Source: Candidatus Nomurabacteria bacterium GW2011_GWD2_36_14 (GTDB lineage Bacteria > Patescibacteriota > Minisyncoccia > Phycocordibacterales > UBA9973). Taken from it: DNA of 64,000 bases. The DNA is taken from the NCBI GenBank assembly GCA_000991405.1, contig LBRL01000001.1:527989-591988 (forward strand), read 5' to 3'. Below are positions 1 through 7,455 of the stretch, piece by piece. The notes below the pieces were generated by a model, which searched no databases, was not told the DNA's origin, and saw only the letters and a list, made by a program, of their open reading frames with translations. Every line of letters begins with the position of its first letter. Position 1 is the stretch's first letter. The translations under genes were made by a program, and so were the position numbers.

Positions 1-122
1 AATAATAAATTAAAACCAAACAAGTTAGAACAAAACTAAAGATATTATACAACTTATCGTCATTTAAGTATATTTGAGAGCTTTTTGACAAAAAGGCTTT
101 TGCCATATAAACTAGGTTCATT

Positions 123-1211
123 ATGGTAAAAACAACAATTAAAAAATTAGAAAAAAGTGAGGTTGAAATTACAGGCGTTTTAGAATGGGTAGAGTTTGAA
201 GCATATGAAGCTAAGGCTCTCGAAAGAATCGGCGAAAGAATGGAACTCCCAGGCTTCCGTAAGGGCAAGGCTCCTGCCACAATCATTAAAGAAAACGTAC
301 AAGAAATGCCTCTTCTAGAAGAAATGGCGGAGGTGGCCTTGCAAGAGAATTATATAAAAATAATTGAAGAGAACAAGATTGATGCTATCGGCCGTCCTCA
401 AATAGCTATTACCAAAATAGCGAAAGGTTCAGACTTAGAATTCAAAATCACAACAGCCGTCTTGCCCGAAATGAAGCTTCCTAATTACAAGAAAATTGCC
501 GGGAAAGAAAATTCAAAAGAAGAAAATAAGAAGGAAGTTGTCGTTGAAGAAGCAGACGTAGAGAAAGTTATAAAAGATCTTCGCAAGATGCGCGCAGAGC
601 AAAATAAGAATAAAGATCACGAAGGTCATGAGAATATGACAGAGGAAGAGCATGCTGCCCTCCACGCTGCGACAGAAGACACTCCTGAAAGTGAATGGCC
701 AGAATGGAACGATGAATTTGCTAAAACATTTGGAGATTTCAAAACTGCCGATGAATTAAAAGAAAAAATCAAATCAAATATTAAAACAGAAAAAACTATT
801 GAGCAGAAAGACAAAGTTCGTCTTTCTATCGTCGAAGAGCTTGTGAAACAAACAGAAGGAGAAATTCCAGAAATATTGATTCAAAGTGAAACAGACAAAA
901 TGCTCTACAAGCTTGAAGCCGATATCACCAATATTGGATTTAAAGTTGAAGATTACTTAAAACAAATCAATAAAACAGAAGCAGACTTAAGAGGAGAATG
1001 GCGTGCTGATGCAGAAAAACGTGCGAAACTCCAAATGATCATCCACACAATTTCAGAAAAAGAAAATCTTAAACCAACAGAAGAAGAAATCGAAGCAGAT
1101 GTTGTAAAAATCACAGAAATGTACAAAGACGCCGACCCATCCCGCGCCCGCGCTTACGTAGAACAAATGCTAGAAAATGAAAAAGTATTTCACTTTTTAG
1201 AACAACAGTAG
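123..1211 (+). CDS. tig: Trigger factor (short form, PPIase domain apparently absent)
   Basis: GFRKGKAP ribosome-binding motif; C-terminal chaperone domain; upstream of clpP. Confidence 0.95.
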   Translation: MVKTTIKKLEKSEVEITGVLEWVEFEAYEAKALERIGERMELPGFRKGKAPATIIKENVQEMPLLEEMAEVALQENYIKIIEENKIDAIGRPQIAITKIAKGSDLEFKITTAVLPEMKLPNYKKIAGKENSKEENKKEVVVEEADVEKVIKDLRKMRAEQNKNKDHEGHENMTEEEHAALHAATEDTPESEWPEWNDEFAKTFGDFKTADELKEKIKSNIKTEKTIEQKDKVRLSIVEELVKQTEGEIPEILIQSETDKMLYKLEADITNIGFKVEDYLKQINKTEADLRGEWRADAEKRAKLQMIIHTISEKENLKPTEEEIEADVVKITEMYKDADPSRARAYVEQMLENEKVFHFLEQQ

Positions 1212-1215
1212 AAAT

Positions 1216-1303
1216 AGTTCCACAAGATTATTAAAATTTTCCCCGCTTTACCCAGAGTACTGGGCTCCGACACGGATAAAAATTTCAACAATCTTGCTTC
1301 ACT
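1216..1303 (-). repeat. Structured hairpin repeat, family C copy 1
   Basis: Minus strand AAGATTGTTGAAATTTTT...GGGTAAAG...AAAATTTTAATAATCTTG; matches 4565-4669. Confidence 0.75.
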
Positions 1304-1330
1304 TAATATTTAATATGTTATAATAAATAT

Positions 1331-1921
1331 ATGTTAATCCCAACCGTAATAGAAAAGTCACAGTTCGGAGAAAGAGCCTACGATATATACTCTCGCCTTT
1401 TGAACGATCGTATTATATTCCTTGGTGGGCCAATAGACGACCACACTGCCAACTTAATCATTGCCCAACTCCTTTACTTGGACAATGCTGATTCCAAGAA
1501 AGATATTAGCCTTTATATCAATTCCCCCGGTGGCTCAGTTACCGCTGGACTTGCAATTATAGATACTATGAACTTTATCAAGAGTGACGTTTCCACTATC
1601 TGTGTCGGTATCGCCGCTTCCATGGGAGCACTTATACTTTCATCTGGTAAGAAAGGCAAGAGATTCTCTCTTCCTAATTCTGAAGTTATGATTCACCAAG
1701 TCATGGGTGGTACAGAAGGCCAAGCCAGTGACATTGCTATCAATGCCAAGCACATCCTCCGCACCAAAGACACTCTCAATAAAATCCTCGCACAAAATAC
1801 CAGCAAGAAGATGGACCAAGTCGAGAAAGATTCTGACCGCGACTACTGGATGACAAGCGATGAAGCCAAGAAGTATGGAATCGTCGACGACATCATTTCA
1901 AAACCAAAAACAGGAAAATAA
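1331..1921 (+). CDS. clpP: ATP-dependent Clp protease proteolytic subunit
   Basis: [22 protein letters not shown] (catalytic Ser), MIHQ motifs. Confidence 0.98.
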   Translation: MLIPTVIEKSQFGERAYDIYSRLLNDRIIFLGGPIDDHTANLIIAQLLYLDNADSKKDISLYINSPGGSVTAGLAIIDTMNFIKSDVSTICVGIAASMGALILSSGKKGKRFSLPNSEVMIHQVMGGTEGQASDIAINAKHILRTKDTLNKILAQNTSKKMDQVEKDSDRDYWMTSDEAKKYGIVDDIISKPKTGK

Positions 1922-1937
1922 TAAAATGGTTTTTTAG

Positions 1938-2056
1938 AAAAAGTCGAAAGATAGTTCTTGAAGAGGGGCCGGCGGAGGCTGTCGAGCCGAGCAATGAGCA
2001 AATTTCTAGCAAGAAATTATGCGGACCCTCTGAGAGAAGCTATCTTTCGACTTTTT
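1938..2056 (+). repeat. Structured repeat, family A copy 1
   Basis: Core GGGGCCGGCGGAGG..GAGCAATGAGCAAATTTCTAGCAAGAAATTATGCGGACCCT shared with 13961, 32699, 59711; 17-bp terminal stem. Confidence 0.9.
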
Positions 2057-2137
2057 TATAATTTTACTTCAGGCCTAGACAAAAGTCCCATTTTGGAGTA
2101 TATTGAGGATATCGAAATTTAAAAGTTTTTATTTACA

Positions 2138-2280
2138 TGTTCGCTTTTTTAATGCAGTTACGACATCTATTTTATTTATGAACCAAATGCCTGAATCAAA
2201 ATTCCGTTCTAAACTAATCATACTTGTTCAATTTTAATCCTTTAAATAATAGGGTTTAATCCTGTGTTGTAAAAGCGACA
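2138..2280 (+). ncRNA. Candidate rod-shaped RNA (6S-like or rny leader)
   Basis: 2138-2157 pairs with 2262-2280 and encloses nested stems; TAGACA-17-TATATT promoter at 2076-2104. Confidence 0.3.
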
Positions 2281-2290
2281 AAAAGTCGCC

Positions 2291-3817
2291 ATGAGTATAA
2301 CATTAATAATCATATCCGCAGCTGCCCTACTTGTAGGAGTTGGTGTCGGGTATTATTTGCGTCTCATTGTCTCACTTGGTCAGAAAGGTTCTATGGAACT
2401 TGAAATCAAGAAGGTAATGCTGTCTGCAAAGGAGGATGCCCAGAAGATTGTAGATGAGGCCAAGAAGAAGGGAGAAGCCCATCTAGCTGAAGTCAACAAA
2501 GAAACAAAGGTCAAAGAAGAAGAATGGAAGCACACAGAGAATCGTCTTATCAAGAAAGATGAACTCCTAGATGCTCGCCAAACTGAAATAGATAAAGAAG
2601 TAGAAAAGATAAAAGTAAAGGTAGAAGAAGTAAAGAAGATTAAGGAGCGTGTCGATGGCATGGAAGCAGAGAAAGAAAAAGAGCTTGAGAAAGTTGCTCG
2701 CCTTTCTGTCGACGAAGCCAAGGAAATTCTTTTCAAAGATATTGAAGAAAAGTATGAGGAGGACTTACTCATCCGTATGCAAAAGATGGAAAGTTCCAAC
2801 GCCGAGAAGCTTGATCGTCGTGCCAAGGATATTCTTTCGGCAAGTATCAACCGTCTAGCATCTTCTACTGCCAGTGAAATGATGACTACATCGGTCAACA
2901 TTCCCAACGATGATATTAAAGGAAAGATTATAGGTAAAGAAGGCCGAAACATCCGTGCGTTTGAGAAGGCTTCGGGCGTAGAGCTTATTATTGACGAGAC
3001 TCCGGGTGCTATCGTCATATCATCCTTTGATCCAGTACGCCGTCAGGTTGCTCGCCTAGCGCTTGAGAACCTTATACTAGACGGACGTATTCAGCCTGCC
3101 AAGATTGAGGAAGTCGTAGCTAAAGCCCAAGAAGATATCAATAAAATTATTAAAGACAAGGGTGACCAAGCTGTATACGAGTGTGGCATCTTTAACCTAG
3201 ACCCTCGTATTAGTGCTATTGTCGGACGTTTATACTTCCGTACATCATATGGGCAGAACGTTCTCCAACACTCTATAGAAATGGCTCACATAGCCGGAAT
3301 GCTTGCTGAGGAACTCGGTGCGGACGTCCAGATAGCCAAGGCTGGAGCACTCGTCCACGATATAGGTAAAGCTCTCGACCACGAAGTACAAGGTACCCAT
3401 ATAGACATAGGTATCCGAATCCTTCAGAAGTTCAAGGCCGACCCTAGGATTATCGTAGCTATGAAGAGTCACCACGACGATACTCCTCATGAATCTATTG
3501 AAGCTGTAATAGTTCAGACTGCCGACCATATCTCAGGAGGTCGCCCAGGAGCAAGACGCGACAGTGTCGAGAACTATATCAAGCGCCTACAAGAGCTAGA
3601 AGCACTCGCAACAAGCTTTGAAGGAGTAGAAAAGTCTTATGCTCTGTCAGCTGGCCGTGAAATCCGCATATTCGTTACCCCAGAGAGAGTTGGCGACGTC
3701 GCTGCTAAAGAAATGGCTCGTGAAATCGCCAAGAAGATAGAGCAAGAGCTCACTTACCCAGGCGAAATCCGCGTCACAGTTATCCGCGAAAACAGAATTA
3801 TCGAATACGCAAGATAA
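2291..3817 (+). CDS. rny: Ribonuclease Y
   Basis: N-terminal TM helix, coiled coil, KH motif KGKIIGKEGRNIR, HD motif LVHDIGK. Confidence 0.97.
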   Translation: MSITLIIISAAALLVGVGVGYYLRLIVSLGQKGSMELEIKKVMLSAKEDAQKIVDEAKKKGEAHLAEVNKETKVKEEEWKHTENRLIKKDELLDARQTEIDKEVEKIKVKVEEVKKIKERVDGMEAEKEKELEKVARLSVDEAKEILFKDIEEKYEEDLLIRMQKMESSNAEKLDRRAKDILSASINRLASSTASEMMTTSVNIPNDDIKGKIIGKEGRNIRAFEKASGVELIIDETPGAIVISSFDPVRRQVARLALENLILDGRIQPAKIEEVVAKAQEDINKIIKDKGDQAVYECGIFNLDPRISAIVGRLYFRTSYGQNVLQHSIEMAHIAGMLAEELGADVQIAKAGALVHDIGKALDHEVQGTHIDIGIRILQKFKADPRIIVAMKSHHDDTPHESIEAVIVQTADHISGGRPGARRDSVENYIKRLQELEALATSFEGVEKSYALSAGREIRIFVTPERVGDVAAKEMAREIAKKIEQELTYPGEIRVTVIRENRIIEYAR

Positions 3818-3869
3818 ATAAATAGTAAAAAGTAGAAGGTAGAAAGTTAAAAATGCATAAAACGGCTTG

Positions 3870-4007
3870 CCCGCACACCCATTTTGCTGTAGCTTTTTTG
3901 TTCTGCCGACAGAATATTTACTTATTTTTGTATTTATTACCTAATATATAGAGTATTATTATTCGTTGTATTGAAAAAGCAGAATAACAGCAAAATGGGT
4001 GTGGGGG
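3870..4007. mobile_element. MITE (CCCSCACAC family) copy 1, TSD CTTG
   Basis: 21-bp TIRs with 1 mismatch; CTTG at 3866-3869 and 4008-4011. Confidence 0.8.
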
Positions 4008-4137
4008 CTTGTTTTAAAATAACCTTGGTATATAATAGTATTACTCCTATTCAATAGGAACCGTTTGCAAACGGTCGAATATTATTCAACTAGCATTCAT
4101 ATTCTTTTAGAAATAAAATTGTATGAAACTAAAATAA

Positions 4138-4410
4138 ATGAATAAACAAGCTTTAGTAGAATTAGTTCACGAAAAAATCGGCGGTACAAAAGTACAAGCA
4201 GAAGAAGTAGTGAATTCAATGTTTGATGCTATCGTTGCAACTTTGAAAAAAGGAGGCGAAGTATCAATTGCAGGAATCGGAATCTTTTCAGTAAAGGCAC
4301 GTGCAGCCCGCATGGCTCGCAATCCTAAGACTGGAGAGCAAGTTAAAGTTGCTGCAACAACCGTTCCAAAGTTTAGAGCAGCAAAAGCTCTTAAGGACGC
4401 TGTTAAGTAA
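4138..4410 (+). CDS. hup: HU family DNA-binding protein
   Basis: MNKQAL...GIGIFSV..RAARMARNPKTGE..PKFRA signature. Confidence 0.97.
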   Translation: MNKQALVELVHEKIGGTKVQAEEVVNSMFDAIVATLKKGGEVSIAGIGIFSVKARAARMARNPKTGEQVKVAATTVPKFRAAKALKDAVK

Positions 4411-4526
4411 AAGATTAATATCTTTTATCTCAACTTCGCTCAGACGTCATGAATGAGAATACTCATTCATACGATCATCGCTTGTTGTGAAAATATTTAA
4501 ATTGTTTACACAATTTTTTATATAAA

Positions 4527-4563
4527 AGAAAAACCACTCGATTCTATCTAGAGTGGTTTTTCT
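4527..4563. terminator. Bidirectional intrinsic terminator
   Basis: AGAAAAACCACTC..GAGTGGTTTTTCT stem between convergent hup and ZIP genes. Confidence 0.7.
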
Positions 4564-4564
4564 A

Positions 4565-4669
4565 TTGTAAAAAAATAGCGTAGTAAGATTGTTAAAATTA
4601 TTTATCTCGTAGGGCCCCTTTGGGGTAAAGAGGAAATAATTTTAATAATCTTGCGAAGCTTTTTTACAA
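4565..4669 (+). repeat. Structured hairpin repeat, family C copy 2
   Basis: Long stem with GTA/GAA internal loop; matches 1216-1303. Confidence 0.75.
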
Positions 4670-4684
4670 ATATATTTAAAAAAA

Positions 4685-5434
4685 TTATTCTATCAACAGC
4701 AATGCAAGCATTGAAAATACTCCGAGCATTATAATACAAAGCTGAATTATAGAATGCTTAATATCTTTCGTTTTGTGTAATTCTGGAATTAAGTCCGCAA
4801 CAGCTATATATATAAACCCTCCTGCAGCAATAGGAATAAAGATTGACGCTACACCATCTACAATATTTCCAAAAATGAAAACAATCATCAAGCCTAATAT
4901 AGAAGCGAGAGCGGAAAGAAAGTTGAGCCAGAGTGCTCTTTTCTTCGTATAACCTGCATGAATAAGAACAGCGAAGTCCCCTATCTCCTGTGGAATCTCG
5001 TGTAAAACAACAGCAATAGTTGTCGCAATTCCTACATGAGGACTGACAAGGAAACTAGCTCCAATAATTGCTCCGTCTATAAGGTTATGAAATCCATCGG
5101 TAAATAAAACTAACTTCCCTACTGGATGTATGTGCTCTTCATCTTTATCTTCTCCGTGATGGTGCCAGTGGATAAATTTTTCAATTACGAAAAATAGTAA
5201 AATACCAGCAATAACTAAAATGCTAGATAAATTTGATCCTAGATTACCATTGAAAGCTTCGGGAATAATATGAATGAATGCATCTCCAAGCAAAGCTCCT
5301 ATGGCCAAGCTTATAAAAAAGTTAATATACTTTCTTAAGACTTCTTCTTTAAGAGAAAGTGAGAAAACTCCTACCAGTGATACGAGACTTACAACGAGAA
5401 CACTTATAAAGGCATACAGATAATTTATTGTCAT
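4685..5434 (-). CDS. ZIP family metal transporter
   Basis: Multiple TM helices, His-rich loop, DGFHNLIDG and HEIPQEIGDF motifs. Confidence 0.93.
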   Translation of the reverse strand: MTINYLYAFISVLVVSLVSLVGVFSLSLKEEVLRKYINFFISLAIGALLGDAFIHIIPEAFNGNLGSNLSSILVIAGILLFFVIEKFIHWHHHGEDKDEEHIHPVGKLVLFTDGFHNLIDGAIIGASFLVSPHVGIATTIAVVLHEIPQEIGDFAVLIHAGYTKKRALWLNFLSALASILGLMIVFIFGNIVDGVASIFIPIAAGGFIYIAVADLIPELHKTKDIKHSIIQLCIIMLGVFSMLALLLIE

Positions 5435-5503
5435 AGGATGATTATAGCAGAGAATATAAAAATTGTAATTATTACAAAATATGCTAATATAAGATAGTTA
5501 TAT

Positions 5504-5574
5504 CGGGGTGTAGTATATCGGTAGTATCTATGTTTTGGGAACATAAGGGCCGGGTTCGATTCCCGGCACCCCGA
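5504..5574 (+). tRNA. tRNA-Pro(UGG)
   Basis: Acceptor CGGGGTG/CACCCCG; anticodon arm TATGT-TT-TGG-GA-ACATA; GTTCGA T-loop; no encoded CCA. Confidence 0.93.
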
Positions 5575-5597
5575 CACGGTTTTTTAGTTAAATGTTT

Positions 5598-5668
5598 GCG
5601 GGATTAGTTTATCGGTAAAATAACAGTTTTCCAAACTGTGGTGAAGGGTTCGACTCCCTTATCCCGCA
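5598..5668 (+). tRNA. tRNA-Gly(UCC)
   Basis: Acceptor GCGGGAT/ATCCCGC; anticodon arm ACAGT-TT-TCC-AA-ACTGT; no encoded CCA. Confidence 0.93.
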
Positions 5669-5885
5669 CAATATGAAAAAACACCCTCTAAAGGTGTTTT
5701 TTCATATTGTGCGGGATAGCAAGCCAACTGCTTGGCTTGCGTAAGGGAGGCGAAAAGCTTTTCGTTTTTCGGTATTAACCGAAACGAAAAGGTATACTGT
5801 TCTCGTAGAGAAAGACTCCACCAATCACGCGCCGTAGGGCGAGACTTCACTTATATACTGTCCTCGTAGAGGAAGACTTCCCTTT

Positions 5886-6287
5886 TTAAAGTATTATATT
5901 CTCCATCACTTTCACCCTCGCCTTCCTGTGCTCAATATCTAAATACACAACAAGCAGATCAAACTGCCACTCAATATGTCCCATTCTTTTACTTATAAGA
6001 TACGTCTCTACTACCCTTCTTAATCTTTTAAGTTTCCAAGGGTGCATATTCTCTTCGGGTCTATTTGTTACTGTTTCACCTGAAACAGTATCCAAACTTG
6101 AAACACTCTTGGACTTAACTTCTATAAAATATCTCTTCTCTTCTTTCTGAGCGATTATATCTATTTCCCCCCATTTCTTTGTATAATTCCTTTCTAATAT
6201 AGAAAATCCATGTTTCATGAGAAACGTGCAGGCGACTTCTTCCCCCAATTGCCCTATTTTCTGAGAATTTGAAGTAAAATTCTTCAT
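5886..6287 (-). CDS. yraN: YraN (UPF0102) family PD-(D/E)XK nuclease-like protein
   Basis: G..GE..A..L, ERNY...GEIDII, FIEVK motifs; ATG 6287 preferred over GTG 6305. Confidence 0.9.
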   Translation of the reverse strand: MKNFTSNSQKIGQLGEEVACTFLMKHGFSILERNYTKKWGEIDIIAQKEEKRYFIEVKSKSVSSLDTVSGETVTNRPEENMHPWKLKRLRRVVETYLISKRMGHIEWQFDLLVVYLDIEHRKARVKVMENIIL

Positions 6288-6549
6288 AAGTGTTTCACGT
6301 GGCACACTTTTCTGTCCATAACAGACAAATCATGCCCTTAATCTAATGTATTTTATATTACACCCTTATTTAACAACATATAAATGTTAATGCTCACAAC
6401 ATGTCTCTAAAAATAATATATATAATTAATGTCTTTTATGAACAATACACACATGGTTATACACATATATCTTAATTTTCAAGGCTTTTCAGTGTGTATA
6501 AGGGACGCATAAAGGTCATTTTATAAGCACGATGAATTTATTTATTTTG

Positions 6550-6620
6550 TGCGGATACTGGGAATCGGACCCAGATTTCGTCTTTGGCAAAGACGTATTT
6601 TACCACTAAATTATACCCGC
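6550..6620 (-). tRNA. tRNA-Gly(GCC)
   Basis: Minus strand GCGGGTA..CGTCT-TT-GCC-AA-AGACG..TATCCGCA cloverleaf. Confidence 0.92.
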
Positions 6621-6624
6621 GAAT

Positions 6625-7284
6625 TTAAAATTCTAGCCGAGAAGACAATTCCAACCATTTTAAAATTTTCTTCTTAACTACAACAATACTCGATATTATA
6701 CTAATTCCAACTCCATATTGCAACTTTTTTGTTTTTTCTTTACCTTTAATAACTTGAGTTTTATGAAAATTAGAAATAGAGATACCCACTTCACCTGACC
6801 ACTTATTCGTGCATTCATTGGGATCTAAGTCTGGATATATAATTAATGCAATCTTTATATTTTCCTTTGTAATATATAGGTATTTCTCTGCAAATTTTAT
6901 AAATATCTTATGTATATAAAATTCAGAATTACTAACTCTACTCATATTGTTACTTCTTTTATCTCCTTCTCCTGCATAAATCATTAATCCTGCTATAAAT
7001 AAAGGGTCTTTTATAAAGATTTGAAACTCTTTCTCTGCTTCTATTTCTACTTGTTTATATTTATCTGCAAGCATTCTACTTCTGCCTATATGCAATAATT
7101 CCAAACGCTCTGTACTTAATTTAATATTTTTAGTTATATTATTTCTTTTAATATGTGTTGACCATTCTTCATTTCTAAACCAGTCACACAAAGTACTTCT
7201 TGATATATTAATCTCATCTTGAATTTCTCTATATGATTTGCCGTCTCTTCTTAATTTGAATACTAAGTCTTTGTCCTGTCTCAT
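6625..7284 (-). CDS. HTH plus degenerate LAGLIDADG-like hypothetical protein, tRNA-adjacent
   Basis: N-terminal HTH (GKSYREI..ISRSTLCDW); IAGLMIYAGEG motif; ATG 7284 lies 8 nt after a TATACT. Confidence 0.7.
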   Translation of the reverse strand: MRQDKDLVFKLRRDGKSYREIQDEINISRSTLCDWFRNEEWSTHIKRNNITKNIKLSTERLELLHIGRSRMLADKYKQVEIEAEKEFQIFIKDPLFIAGLMIYAGEGDKRSNNMSRVSNSEFYIHKIFIKFAEKYLYITKENIKIALIIYPDLDPNECTNKWSGEVGISISNFHKTQVIKGKEKTKKLQYGVGISIISSIVVVKKKILKWLELSSRLEF

Positions 7285-7370
7285 ACTAGTACAGTATACC
7301 ACAGTGGTTCTGCTTTGAAAAGTAATTAAATAGTGTATAATAAATGTATTAATAATTAATAATTAATAAT

Positions 7371-7442
7371 GCACTCATGGTGAAATGGATATCACGACAG
7401 TCTTCGGAACTGTTATTGGGGGTTCGAATCCCTCTGGGTGCA
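7371..7442 (+). tRNA. tRNA-Arg(UCG)
   Basis: Acceptor GCACTCA/TGGGTGC; anticodon arm ACAGT-CT-TCG-GA-ACTGT; GTTCGAA T-loop. Confidence 0.92.
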
Positions 7443-7455
7443 CAAATAGTTTCAT

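Noticed and set aside
1938-2056. Hammerhead ribozyme reading of family A
   Set aside because: No conserved CUGANGA plus GAAA core in the required arrangement across copies
5659-5850. 63-aa minus-strand ORF beside tRNA-Gly
   Set aside because: It overlaps the tRNA end and consists of hairpin repeats
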